From a virus, in the IMG/VR virus record IMGVR_UViG_3300042691_032784, positions 17,153 to 81,152 of that record: 64,000 nucleotides of DNA; one strand, given 5' to 3'. This document shows positions 21,599 through 31,964 of this stretch, piece by piece (position 1 is the stretch's first letter; every line of letters begins with the position of its first letter). Both the position numbers and the translations under genes were made by a program. A model generated the notes under the pieces. The model did not search any database and was not told where the DNA came from. It was given only the letters and a program-made list of their open reading frames with translations.

Positions 21599-22126
21599 TT
21601 AATTTTCTGTTACTATTTTTAATAATAATCCAAAATTACTACCTACTTTTCTTATTGCAGTTTTCCAACTAATATCTGCTGTAGGAGCTGTGTTAACTAA
21701 AGACATAATATTCTTTTGTTGTTCTAATGTTTTACTATAATCTCTAAATCTTTCAGGTCTATTATTTTTTATATCTACTCTTCTTTGAGGAAATTTATAT
21801 ACAATTTCATCAGTAGCAGTATAATTTCTTAAATCACCACAATAATAAACAACTTTAACTTCTTCTCTTAATTGAATAATATTATTATCTTTAAGAAATT
21901 GAAGTACTTTTTCTGTTAATTTTTCTTGTTGTTTAATTTTTATAGTTTCTTCTTCATTAGATTTAACTAATACTATTTGTACTGTAGCTGGAATTTCAAT
22001 AAGTCTTTCAGTAGTAGGTTTAAGTTTAGTTTTATATTTTCTTAAAACTACTACATTAGTTTGTTGTATAAATTTATTTTGCTTTTCATTAAAAGCATTA
22101 ATTTTATTTACTATTTCGTTAGCCAT
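21599..22126 (-). CDS. Hypothetical protein
   Basis: 175-aa ORF coupled to primase. Confidence 0.7.
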   Translation of the reverse strand: MANEIVNKINAFNEKQNKFIQQTNVVVLRKYKTKLKPTTERLIEIPATVQIVLVKSNEEETIKIKQQEKLTEKVLQFLKDNNIIQLREEVKVVYYCGDLRNYTATDEIVYKFPQRRVDIKNNRPERFRDYSKTLEQQKNIMSLVNTAPTADISWKTAIRKVGSNFGLLLKIVTEN

Positions 22127-23241
22127 GATAATAATCGTTTGTTTTCATTAGTAATATAATCTAAAATATGTTCATGAGTATTATATATAGTTTTAATTAA
22201 ATTTACAGTTTTTTCATGACCAAATGTTTCTCTAAATTCACTAAAATCTTTTACACCAAAATCAGGTTGATTAAATCTACCTCTAGTAAACATTAAAGGA
22301 TAACAATTATGTATTCTTTTATATTTACGTGCTAATATAATTCCTGCTTTATCATAATCAAAATTAGTAATTACAATATCAGCAAGTGATTTTAATTTAA
22401 ACATAAGGTCTTTAGAAATTACAAAAGTTTCTGAAGGTACACAAATAGCAGTTATTCCATACATTTTATAACATAATACATCTTTATAAGATTTAGTTAT
22501 TATAATAATTCTACTTGCTTTAAGTAAATGTACTCCTTGAACAAAAGAATAATTAGTTATAAATTTTTTAGTTTTATCTTTAGTTAATGGTATATATATT
22601 TTCCATAATATAATACCATTAATTTTACCACCATAATATGCAAATGCTGGATTATAAGAGTTATAAGTATAAATTTGAGTTAAATATCCTTCTTTATTTT
22701 CTATGTGTAATTCTAATACTGGAATTACTTTACCTAATTTTAAAGTTTCTAAATCAATTCCATATCTTTTTTGCCAATAATTAGCATCATATTTATTAAA
22801 TACACGAGGTACTACTTTGAATACTTTTAATTCTCTAGTAGTTAAATGTTGTTGATAAAGGTTATTAAATTTTTTTCTTTCTTCATCAGTAGCATATTTA
22901 TGTATCTTAAAATCATAAGCTATTTTATTAAGCAATAATTTAAATCCTTGAGAAGTTTTAATATTAATTTTAGTAAAATAACTAGCAACATCAAAACAAT
23001 CTCCTTTAAAAGAACCATTCCAATCTCTTACTCTAAGTTTACCACTATCTGAGTAATAATAATTGCAAGTAGGATTAACATCAGGATTAGATTCACTTCT
23101 AAATTTAGATAAAAAGGAACTGCCTTGTAAAGTTTTATCATTAACAGGAACATTAAGATAAAATTCCATTATTTCCTCTTGACTTACCCTATCTAATATA
23201 TAAGGTTTTGTTAATTCAGGTAATACTTTTAAATTTAACAT
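22111..23241 (-). CDS. DNA primase (crAss-type, Toprim)
   Basis: IIITKSYKDV and NFDYDKAG (DxD) Toprim motifs, KDFSE, N-terminal S-FR-E...P-C...GDCFD region. Confidence 0.85.
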   Translation of the reverse strand: MLNLKVLPELTKPYILDRVSQEEIMEFYLNVPVNDKTLQGSSFLSKFRSESNPDVNPTCNYYYSDSGKLRVRDWNGSFKGDCFDVASYFTKINIKTSQGFKLLLNKIAYDFKIHKYATDEERKKFNNLYQQHLTTRELKVFKVVPRVFNKYDANYWQKRYGIDLETLKLGKVIPVLELHIENKEGYLTQIYTYNSYNPAFAYYGGKINGIILWKIYIPLTKDKTKKFITNYSFVQGVHLLKASRIIIITKSYKDVLCYKMYGITAICVPSETFVISKDLMFKLKSLADIVITNFDYDKAGIILARKYKRIHNCYPLMFTRGRFNQPDFGVKDFSEFRETFGHEKTVNLIKTIYNTHEHILDYITNENKRLLSWLTK

Positions 23242-23248
23242 AATTAAT

Positions 23249-23278
23249 AAAAAAAGCAGGTTATTTCTAACCTGCTTT
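23249..23278 (-). terminator. Intrinsic terminator
   Basis: AAAGCAGGTTA-TTTC-TAACCTGCTTT stem with T-tract on the minus strand. Confidence 0.85.
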
Positions 23279-23302
23279 ATTACTACTATTATTATTTAAA
23301 TT

Positions 23303-24013
23303 TTATACATCAGGTAAATCATCTGCAAAATTAGAACTAAATGAACTTTCAGATGGATATCCAGCATCATGTGCACTTCCTGCTTGTCCTGCTTTAGGTT
23401 TAGATTTAGGTTCTAAAATATCATAAGTTGTATTAATTCTAAGTTCACAAGGTCTATAATTTTCACCTTGTTTAGCTTGTTGAATAAAATTAGGATATTT
23501 AGGAAGTTGAACTCTAGTATTCCAAAAAGTAACTTTAAGATAAAGTTCTTTAGAAGCATAAGTTTTACGAGGTTTATCATCTTTAGTATAAACAATACTA
23601 TTAAAAGCTTTACTTACATTATCATAAAATTCAGAAAAACTTTTACCGGACATAGCACCATCAGGTAATTTATCAGCTCCAATAGTTTCATCCCAAATAT
23701 GTTTAATTCTTCCTATTAAAGCAGATTGAAGGTCTTGTGCACTATCAGAAGTCATATCAATAGGATATTCCCAATGTTGTAATTGTCTACCTTCTTTATC
23801 TTTAAATAAAAATCCAAGAGCAGGTACTTTTTCAGTTACATCATTTCTAGTAACTTCTTTTTCAGGTTCAAAAGATACTTTAACTAGAAAAGCAGTAGGA
23901 AACTCATATTTATAAGGAAAAATAGAAGTAGCAACTTGAAGTTGTCTAGCAGTTTGAATTGGAACAGCATTAGTTCCTTGAGTATCTTTATTAATACTTA
24001 AATTTAATTCCAT
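23303..24013 (-). CDS. Putative single-stranded DNA-binding protein
   Basis: Replication-cluster position; flexible tail ending FADDLPDV. Confidence 0.55.
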   Translation of the reverse strand: MELNLSINKDTQGTNAVPIQTARQLQVATSIFPYKYEFPTAFLVKVSFEPEKEVTRNDVTEKVPALGFLFKDKEGRQLQHWEYPIDMTSDSAQDLQSALIGRIKHIWDETIGADKLPDGAMSGKSFSEFYDNVSKAFNSIVYTKDDKPRKTYASKELYLKVTFWNTRVQLPKYPNFIQQAKQGENYRPCELRINTTYDILEPKSKPKAGQAGSAHDAGYPSESSFSSNFADDLPDV

Positions 24014-24061
24014 TGTAATAATAATTAGGAAAGGTTTAATAAATAGCTATTATATTAAATC

Positions 24062-24092
24062 AAAAAAAAGCGTCTACAATAGCAGACGCTTT
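24062..24092 (-). terminator. Intrinsic terminator
   Basis: AAAGCGTCT-N9-AGACGCTTT stem with T8 on the minus strand. Confidence 0.8.
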
Positions 24093-24113
24093 ATTAGTAT
24101 TATCTAGAAGATA

Positions 24114-24761
24114 TTATACTTCTTCTTCTTCTTCTAAATCTTCTAAATCTTCTTCTTCAAAATCTTCTGCTTCTCCAACAGAATGAGATTGTGAATTATT
24201 TTCATTATTTTCTTCACCTTCTACTTTAGCTTTTACAGCTCTTTTTTTAGCAGGTTTAGATTCTTTGAAAATTAATTCATAAGCAACTGTTTCACACATA
24301 ACAGTTTCTCCGGCTTCATTTTTTAATTCAGTTTCAAGAGATACAGGAATACCTTCACCTAAAGTAAAATATTCAACAGAATCTGATTTTCCTGATAAAA
24401 TATTCCATGCACCGGCAGCAGTAAGTTTAAATAAAGAACTTCCTTCAGAAGCAGGTCTAGTTAAAGCACCAAAACCTGTATTTTCTTTATAAACAACTCT
24501 TCCTCTACCATCACGAACTTCTTTACCATTTTCGTCTAATTGTGGTTCTCCTTTTAAACCTTTTGCAAGATATACAGATACTTTTCTTGTTTCTGGGTCT
24601 TCAGTAGTTAAAACTACAATAGAATCATTTTCACGAATATCTAATTTTTGTTGAACTTTAGGAGTTAAACGAAATTCTCCTTTAGTAGTTACCGCCATAA
24701 CTACTTCATGATTAAAAGTTTTTGCTTCTTTTTTACCTGTAATGTTTTTAAATACTAACAT
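24114..24761 (-). CDS. Crassvirales-type protein with AbrB-like N-terminal motif and very acidic tail
   Basis: TTKGEFRLTPKVQQKLDIRENDSI; C-terminus EEEDLEDLEEEEEV. Confidence 0.6.
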   Translation of the reverse strand: MLVFKNITGKKEAKTFNHEVVMAVTTKGEFRLTPKVQQKLDIRENDSIVVLTTEDPETRKVSVYLAKGLKGEPQLDENGKEVRDGRGRVVYKENTGFGALTRPASEGSSLFKLTAAGAWNILSGKSDSVEYFTLGEGIPVSLETELKNEAGETVMCETVAYELIFKESKPAKKRAVKAKVEGEENNENNSQSHSVGEAEDFEEEDLEDLEEEEEV

Positions 24762-24787
24762 AATACTTTATTTAATAAATTTTGTTG

Positions 24788-25723
24788 TTAATTTTTTACT
24801 CTTTCTTGTAGAGTAGCATCAATAGTATAAGGAGTATTATATTCATCGGCAAGTTCAGAAATAGACATCATACCTAATAGTATATCATCTGCTATTTCTC
24901 TTGCTCCAATATTAAATGCTCTAGCATCTAACATTCTAGCAGGATGATTAATCCAATTATCTTTATCTAAAAATCCTGCTGTTCTAGCATCTGAAATTTT
25001 ATATTCAGCATATATTACTAAATCTTCATAACTACCATCAATTTGTTTTACTTTTCTTTTAAATTGATATTTAGTTATTCTATCTATAGATACATCACCT
25101 TTTATATGTAATTCTTGTGGAGCATCTTTAGTAGTAAATGTGCCTAAAATAACAGGTACTTGTTTATCTACATTATTAACTTTAATTGTTCTAGTAACTA
25201 CTACTAATTTATCTTCTACTTTTTTAGCTTTAGCATACTCAAACATAGGTTCATAATCATAGATTTTAGTAAACATAATTTTATTCCTTAAAATAAGACC
25301 TCTAATAATATGAGTACCCATAGAAGGTCTACCATTAATAGGATATATATTAGCAATACTAGCCATAAAAGGTAAATTATATTGATTACCTGTAATAATT
25401 GCTAAAATAACATCATTTGCATTTTTTAAAGGACTAAGTTTACTTTTAATTATAACATTAGCTATCTGAGTCATATCATTAATATGACGTGCAGTATCTC
25501 TAATAAGAGCAAAGTTTTGAGTTTTGTTAGAATCATTACTAAAAGAAAGAGTAGGTATATTATTAGATTTTGCTATTAATTCTTCTTCCATCCCTGAAAG
25601 TTCAGCTTCAATAACTTCATCATCATTAATAATATCACTACTCTCTACTTTTTCAGTGATAACCTTTCCTTGATTATCTTGTGTTTCTACATTTTCAACT
25701 TTCTCGTTGTTTTCGTTTATCAT
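24788..25723 (-). CDS. RecT-like single-strand annealing protein
   Basis: AIITGNQYNLPFMAS...INGRP and NWINHPARML-ARA...ADDILLG motifs. Confidence 0.7.
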   Translation of the reverse strand: MINENNEKVENVETQDNQGKVITEKVESSDIINDDEVIEAELSGMEEELIAKSNNIPTLSFSNDSNKTQNFALIRDTARHINDMTQIANVIIKSKLSPLKNANDVILAIITGNQYNLPFMASIANIYPINGRPSMGTHIIRGLILRNKIMFTKIYDYEPMFEYAKAKKVEDKLVVVTRTIKVNNVDKQVPVILGTFTTKDAPQELHIKGDVSIDRITKYQFKRKVKQIDGSYEDLVIYAEYKISDARTAGFLDKDNWINHPARMLDARAFNIGAREIADDILLGMMSISELADEYNTPYTIDATLQERVKN

Positions 25724-25794
25724 AATCTCTATTAAGAGTTTTAGTACTTTCGATTAAATATACTCGAATTGCCTTGTACTTGTTAAATGTGATA

Positions 25795-25825
25795 CAAATA
25801 TAAGTCAATTATACGAGTTTACAAA
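25795..25825 (-). promoter_or_regulatory. Bacteroidota sigma-A promoter (-33 TTTG / -7 TAnnTTTG)
   Basis: Minus strand reads TTTG-N19-TATATTTG, ~70 bp upstream of the recT-like gene. Confidence 0.8.
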
Positions 25826-25876
25826 ATAAATAGTAATTTATTTTACTAAATTTTTATAATTTTTTTCATCAATTTT

Positions 25877-26902
25877 TTAAGTATTACTTTCCGGCTCAAT
25901 TTCAAAGAATTTTCCTCTTTCAAGGGCATTTTCAAACCAAACACTACCTACATTACTAAATCTATTTTTTAATAAAAGAAGATGTACTAATTTACTTGTT
26001 TTAAATCTTTTTCTACCATATTCAAGAATACCTAATAATTCAGGTTGATGAATAACAGTAACAATATCACAAGCATTATATAATTGAGCTTGTGCATATA
26101 CATCTGATTTTATAGGAAAATGACCTTGAACATTTTTAATTCTTTCAAGTTTTTCTATTTCATTATTTAATTGACCTATAAATAATACTAAATATCCTTT
26201 CTTTTTAAGATGTATAGCAAGTGAAGCTAAACCAAACATAGTATCTATAATAGAATTTCCTTCTTTTCCTACTACTAAAAGTGTATGGTCAAGAGCAACA
26301 ACAACTTTAGGAAAAAGAGGTTTAGTTCCATTTTCAATTTCTAATGCATATTTATCTTGATAAAATTTAATAGCTACTTTAATATTTTCAATAATACCTG
26401 ATAATGTTGTAGGTTCATCAAAATAATAATGGTCATCTTTATCATCTTCTGTTAAAATATCTTTAATAGTTTGAAACTCAAAATCATTAACTCTATTATA
26501 TTTTCCTGTTTCTTTATTAATTTCAGAACTAAGTAAATATAAATGTGATTTTTCTACTTTAGAACTAATACCTCTAATTACTTCATCAGAAGGTATCATT
26601 TCCCAAGTATTATGAACTATTACAAGAGGTTCTTCAAAATTACCATTAATTTTAGGATTTTTAAAATCTTCTAATAACATATTTAAAAATGAAGATTTTC
26701 CATGACCTGAAAGACCATTAATAGATACTACTTGTTTAAATCTAAAATATTTACCAATAGCTGTATTTAATTTACCAAAACGAGTTCTTAAACCAAGTTG
26801 TTTACCACTTCTTTCTAATTCTATAGTTTTAAGTGCTTCTTCATTAATATCTTTTTTAGTTTTTAATGTAGGTACATATAAATCTTTAGCTTTAGAAGTC
26901 AT
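25877..26902 (-). CDS. DnaB-like replicative helicase
   Basis: GLSGHGKS Walker A, WEM, LDHTLL, GQLN, LKNRF. Confidence 0.88.
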   Translation of the reverse strand: MTSKAKDLYVPTLKTKKDINEEALKTIELERSGKQLGLRTRFGKLNTAIGKYFRFKQVVSINGLSGHGKSSFLNMLLEDFKNPKINGNFEEPLVIVHNTWEMIPSDEVIRGISSKVEKSHLYLLSSEINKETGKYNRVNDFEFQTIKDILTEDDKDDHYYFDEPTTLSGIIENIKVAIKFYQDKYALEIENGTKPLFPKVVVALDHTLLVVGKEGNSIIDTMFGLASLAIHLKKKGYLVLFIGQLNNEIEKLERIKNVQGHFPIKSDVYAQAQLYNACDIVTVIHQPELLGILEYGRKRFKTSKLVHLLLLKNRFSNVGSVWFENALERGKFFEIEPESNT

Positions 26903-27449
26903 GGTCTATTTTAAGTAATGTAGTTTCTTTAATTTTACCTTCTAATCTTTTTGGTCTAATTATTAACCAATATTTACTTTTAAGAAATTTTTCAATTCCT
27001 ATATTAAGGATATTATTTTCTTTTGCATATTGTATATCTTTAATTACTTCTAAATGTTCTAATATAGAACTTTGAATATAAGTATCATATAAATTAGCAA
27101 AAATATTTCTATCCATAGCAGTAAGAGGTATATCCATTCCATCTTTATTATAATGTGTAGGATATACACTAAAAATTTGCTCACAAGCTTCATGTTTATT
27201 AATAAATATAGAAAGAAATTTAGTACTTAAAGTAATTTTATCTTCTTTAGATTTAATTAATAAACCTTTTTTAATTAAATCATCTGTATAATATTGACCA
27301 ATCATAGTACCATCATCACTAGGAAATTTTTCTTTATATTTTCTAATTAAATCAGGTCTATTTTTATATATAAGATAAAGTAATAAAAATTGAGCTTGAG
27401 TAATATCATGTTCTATTAAAAAAGATACATAAGAATCTTCTACTATCAT
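26892..27449 (-). CDS. Hypothetical replication protein (possible initiator or helicase loader)
   Basis: Coupled to dnaB; wHTH-like N-terminus and EQIFSVYP motif. Confidence 0.5.
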   Translation of the reverse strand: MIVEDSYVSFLIEHDITQAQFLLLYLIYKNRPDLIRKYKEKFPSDDGTMIGQYYTDDLIKKGLLIKSKEDKITLSTKFLSIFINKHEACEQIFSVYPTHYNKDGMDIPLTAMDRNIFANLYDTYIQSSILEHLEVIKDIQYAKENNILNIGIEKFLKSKYWLIIRPKRLEGKIKETTLLKIDHDF

Positions 27450-27452
27450 CTT

Positions 27453-28862
27453 TTATAAGTCATTAGTTGTAAATTCTATATTAGCAGGTGGTATATATGA
27501 AATATCTTCAATAGAATTTACCCAAACAATTTCATGTTTAGAATTTTCTTGTCTTTTTCTTAACCACTTTTCATCTTGAGTTCCTACTACATATAAATTA
27601 ACAAGTAATACTGGAACATCTCCAAAAATATTATGTTCTTTTCTTCCTGTTCTACCTCTACGTTGTTTATATTGAGTAGGATTTTGAGTACCACTAGTAG
27701 TTAATCCAAATCTTAAATCTTCAATATCTAAACCTCTATCAAGAGATTTAGCAGTACATAAAACTCTAGCAGTACCTTTTTTAATACTATTAATAGCTAG
27801 AGTTTTTAATCTTACTTTACCAAGTTTAATAAGTTTACCTGTTTTTTCAGATGTAACTACTTTAGTTTGTATTTTACTATGGTAAATAACAGTAGGATGA
27901 TTATTAGTATTTAATATATCTCCTAACTTATCAGCAAATTCAGCTGATTCAGAAAATACAATAGTTTTAACTTTATTAAATTTATTAATAAGTTCTAATG
28001 AAGCTGTATATTTACTTTCTACTTGATTAAGAAGTTCTTTTCTAAACCTAATAGCATTCATTACACTTCTTGCATAACCTATAATATGATTAGGATTCCA
28101 AAGATTATTAAGTTCTTCGTGTTGAGGTATAGATAGATTTAAATCTTGTTTCCAACCTTTTTTTAAAGCAAATGATAATGCCCAACTTGCACCTGCAAAA
28201 TATCTTTTATTATTATCATAACCACCAGATATTATTTTTTGTGCTAAATCAAGTTTATTTTCTAATCTAGGAAGATAATCATTTATTTTTGCTGTATATA
28301 TATCATACTTCTCTTGTTCTTTTTCTGTTAGAGTTAATCCATAATTATATTCAACAAAATCTGCAATAAATCCTTTTTCTTTAGCTTCTTCAACATCTAT
28401 AGTATCAATAATATTATAATAATTAAGAATAGGTTTAAAATTCTTATCATCACAAGATGCGGTTAATCCTATAAACATTTTAGGTTTTACTAAAGTTTTA
28501 TTAATAACTTTAATTCGTTCAGGAGAAGAAAATTCATGTAATTCATCAATAATTAAAACATCTACTTCATATATTTGATTTTCAAGTAATAATTGTTGTA
28601 CTGTTTTAACTAAGATTCTTTCATAAATATATTTAGGAAAAGTTTCTTTAAGTTTTTCTTCCCATTGTTTAACTAATGCACTTCCTGGAACTAATACTAA
28701 ATAACTATGTTTTTTAATAGTTTCTAGTTGTTTAATACAAAGAGAAGCAGTAAATGTTTTACCAACACCTGTAGCATAATTAAATATACCATTACAGTTA
28801 TTATTAAACCATTTATCTTTACCTTCTAGTTGTCTCTGTAATTTATCTTCATTTATTTGCAT
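27453..28862 (-). CDS. Superfamily 2 helicase
   Basis: ATGVGKT, IIDELH, GLTAS, LDRGLD, QRRGRTGR. Confidence 0.9.
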   Translation of the reverse strand: MQINEDKLQRQLEGKDKWFNNNCNGIFNYATGVGKTFTASLCIKQLETIKKHSYLVLVPGSALVKQWEEKLKETFPKYIYERILVKTVQQLLLENQIYEVDVLIIDELHEFSSPERIKVINKTLVKPKMFIGLTASCDDKNFKPILNYYNIIDTIDVEEAKEKGFIADFVEYNYGLTLTEKEQEKYDIYTAKINDYLPRLENKLDLAQKIISGGYDNNKRYFAGASWALSFALKKGWKQDLNLSIPQHEELNNLWNPNHIIGYARSVMNAIRFRKELLNQVESKYTASLELINKFNKVKTIVFSESAEFADKLGDILNTNNHPTVIYHSKIQTKVVTSEKTGKLIKLGKVRLKTLAINSIKKGTARVLCTAKSLDRGLDIEDLRFGLTTSGTQNPTQYKQRRGRTGRKEHNIFGDVPVLLVNLYVVGTQDEKWLRKRQENSKHEIVWVNSIEDISYIPPANIEFTTNDL

Positions 28863-29341
28863 AATTGAAGTCTACTTGCAATTTCTAAATCACCGTCATT
28901 TAATTCTGCAATAATAGCAGTTCTATCATTTAAAGATTTTAAATATAAATCTTTAACAGTTCTAGGAATATTAATATCTTTTGCATATTTAGGTTTTAAT
29001 ATAACAATATCACCTATATTTACATAAGTTTTTAATTCTCCTGTTCCTTTATTTACAAATTCTAAAAATAAAGGAGGGTCAAAACCATAAATTAGATTAG
29101 GATTTTTTTTATCTAATTCTACAATATCTTGTAAAGTTTTAAGATGAGAATAATCTTCTTCTATATTATTTACAAGTTTTACAGTAACACCTTTTTTAAG
29201 TTTTACATGAATTAAATCTTTATTAGGAATAGGATTATATTTAGTTCCAACACTATTATCTATGGGGGAAACTTTTTTACCTGTATTACCTGATAAAGGT
29301 TTAAATTTAAGTTCTTTATTATCTTCCATTATTTTAGCCAA
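28853..29341 (-). CDS. Hypothetical protein
   Basis: 162-aa ORF between polymerase and helicase. Confidence 0.65.
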   Translation of the reverse strand: MAKIMEDNKELKFKPLSGNTGKKVSPIDNSVGTKYNPIPNKDLIHVKLKKGVTVKLVNNIEEDYSHLKTLQDIVELDKKNPNLIYGFDPPLFLEFVNKGTGELKTYVNIGDIVILKPKYAKDINIPRTVKDLYLKSLNDRTAIIAELNDGDLEIASRLQLCK

Positions 29342-31659
29342 TAAGGTTTTGTTTCTAATTCTACTTTAATTTTTACATTATTAAGGTATCTATTAGCTAC
29401 TTCTTCAAGTACTATTTTAATTACTTGTGGTAAATTATCTAATTTTTCCCCCTTAGAAAAAGGATGATTGATTTGATTACCTAATGAATTAAATAATATA
29501 TATTCATCTGAATATCCATCTAATTCTTTAGTTATCCTAATAACAAATTCATCATGTACCCAAGCTAGTTGATTAGCATCTATTTTATTTTTAATAAAAT
29601 ATTTATTTAATACAACAGCAGCTTCTTTAAGAAATGTAGCTTGTGTTCCTTGAATACGTTTATTACGAGCGGCAGATAAAGCTTCAGATATTTCAATAAA
29701 ATTATCTTTTTCATTAATTTCTTTTTTAAGAAGTTTAATTAATGAAGGAAACCAAGCTCTAGCATTAGTTCTTGAGTCAAATATTACAAAACCATTCTTT
29801 TTAGCAAAAGCAGATGCTTCTTTAACCATTTTAATAGTATTAGGAATTTCTGATTCAATAGTTTGTATTACAATTTTACCTTCTTCAGTTGGTATATTTA
29901 AAGTATTACCTGCTTTTTTAGGATACATACCATAAATAACTCCAAATGTCATTGGTTTAAAAGCATTACGAATATCTCCAAGACTTTTAGTAACTAAATA
30001 TTCTTTAGTTAATCTTACATACTCACGATATTGGTCTTTTAATTTATCAGTAACTCCTTTACTATTAACTGTAAAAAATTCTAATAATTTTTTAGCTCTA
30101 TAATAATAAATATTTCTCCAACAATTAGTAGCCATATGACTATGCATATCTTGTTCAGATAATTCAATAAGTCTAAAATCTTGAGCATGAGAAGCCATAA
30201 CAATTAATTCTGCTCCACTATAATCAGCAGTAACTAAACTATATTTTTCTGCATCAACAGTAAAACAATTTCTATATTCATTACTACGTGGAATATTTTG
30301 AGCATTATATTTATCAGGTTCATTATCTCCACCTCCGGATTGATATCTACCAGTAACTGCTTCACATTGTCTAAAAATAGTATGAATTTTATTAGTAACA
30401 GGATTAATTTTATTTATAAAATTTTCTCCATAAGTACTTAAAGATTTTTCTAATTTACTATGTTTAATAAGTAATTTTATAAAGTCCTTCATTAAACAAT
30501 CAGGTTTTAAAATTAAATATCTTTGTAATAAATCAGCTTTAATACTATAAGCATCTACTTTACCAATAAGTTTACCTTTATTATCAAATTGTGGAATAGC
30601 AAAAGTTTCATCAGGTTTAATCATAGGTTCTTGTAAAGCAGCAAATATATGAACTATATCTTTTTTAGATTTATAATTTATATTTCCTGTTTCAACAGTA
30701 AGTTTCTTTTTAAGACCAGAAAAACTTTTAGAAGTCATTGGGTCACCAAATAAATCTTTTTGATTTACAGTACCATCAGAATTAATAAAAGAATCTAATT
30801 CAGAAGGTTTTCTTTCTTTATTAAATTTTTGACCTCCTAAAGATACTTTAATATCTATTTTAAAATCATTATTAAAATTAATTTTAAATTCTTTAAGTTT
30901 ACGAACTTCATTATCTAGTTCTACTTTAATATTAAATAATTCTTGTTTTTCTTTTATTATTCTTTTTCTCCATAATTCAGTATCAAATACAAAACCTTCT
31001 AATTCTGCTTTTGCAATGATATTAATTAATGGAAATTCAATACCATAAATTAAAAAAGGAACTTGATATTTTTTAATTAATTTTTGTTGTACTTTTCTAA
31101 CATCAAATAAATCAACTAAATCTCCTTTAAGATAATATAAATGTGATGCAGTTATTTTAAATTTTGTAATATCAGCACCAATAAATTCATCTCTAGTAGT
31201 TTTTAATATAACTTTATTTAAATGTCTTTTAACAACTTCAGAATAACTAAAATTATAACCAAGTCCCATAAATAATCTTTGGTCTGCAATCATAGTATCA
31301 TACAATTTTGTAAATAAAATATTATATTGTACTTTTACTATTTTAATATCATATTTAAGATTATGACCTAGTAATATTGTATTGTATTTAATAAGATTAT
31401 TAAATATATATTCAATATTAATAGTCCAATCAAACATAATTTGCTTTGATTTAGTACCAAAACCATATAAGATAGGAGTTAATAAATATGCATCAAGACC
31501 ATTAGCTTCAATATCAAAAGCTAAAATTTTTCTTTTACTAAAGTATTGATAATATATATTTTTACCTTCATTTTCATCTAAAATTATAATATCGGGAAAA
31601 ATAGATTTATTAATACTTTTAGTATAATATTCTTTATTATTAGTTACAAAGTATATCAT
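29329..31659 (-). CDS. polA: DNA polymerase family A with 3'-5' exonuclease
   Basis: FDIEANGL, GHNLKYD, TGR, NAQNIP, ADYSGAEL (motif A), RNAFKPMTFGVIYG (motif B), VHDE (motif C). Confidence 0.93.
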   Translation of the reverse strand: MIYFVTNNKEYYTKSINKSIFPDIIILDENEGKNIYYQYFSKRKILAFDIEANGLDAYLLTPILYGFGTKSKQIMFDWTINIEYIFNNLIKYNTILLGHNLKYDIKIVKVQYNILFTKLYDTMIADQRLFMGLGYNFSYSEVVKRHLNKVILKTTRDEFIGADITKFKITASHLYYLKGDLVDLFDVRKVQQKLIKKYQVPFLIYGIEFPLINIIAKAELEGFVFDTELWRKRIIKEKQELFNIKVELDNEVRKLKEFKINFNNDFKIDIKVSLGGQKFNKERKPSELDSFINSDGTVNQKDLFGDPMTSKSFSGLKKKLTVETGNINYKSKKDIVHIFAALQEPMIKPDETFAIPQFDNKGKLIGKVDAYSIKADLLQRYLILKPDCLMKDFIKLLIKHSKLEKSLSTYGENFINKINPVTNKIHTIFRQCEAVTGRYQSGGGDNEPDKYNAQNIPRSNEYRNCFTVDAEKYSLVTADYSGAELIVMASHAQDFRLIELSEQDMHSHMATNCWRNIYYYRAKKLLEFFTVNSKGVTDKLKDQYREYVRLTKEYLVTKSLGDIRNAFKPMTFGVIYGMYPKKAGNTLNIPTEEGKIVIQTIESEIPNTIKMVKEASAFAKKNGFVIFDSRTNARAWFPSLIKLLKKEINEKDNFIEISEALSAARNKRIQGTQATFLKEAAVVLNKYFIKNKIDANQLAWVHDEFVIRITKELDGYSDEYILFNSLGNQINHPFSKGEKLDNLPQVIKIVLEEVANRYLNNVKIKVELETKPYWLK

Positions 31660-31661
31660 AA

Positions 31662-31964
31662 TTAAAATACATCAAAGTTAGTATCTCCTTTTTCAAGTTT
31701 ATTAAATGCTCCTATAACAGAAGTTTTTAATAAATCCCAATATTTTAATGAAGGATGTTCATAATGGTAATAATTAATAATATTATTAATATTTAGATTT
31801 TTAGATTCTAAATAACTAATATAATATTTAATACAAGTTTCTATATTAGAACTTTCAATTTTAAGTAATAATTCTTTATTACCTAATGCTTGTAATAGAT
31901 ATAATCTACATTCTTTAAAAGTATTACTATTTTTTGCTATTGCTTGTATTAAAGCATTATGCAT
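31662..31964 (-). CDS. Hypothetical protein
   Basis: 100-aa ORF. Confidence 0.65.
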   Translation of the reverse strand: MHNALIQAIAKNSNTFKECRLYLLQALGNKELLLKIESSNIETCIKYYISYLESKNLNINNIINYYHYEHPSLKYWDLLKTSVIGAFNKLEKGDTNFDVF

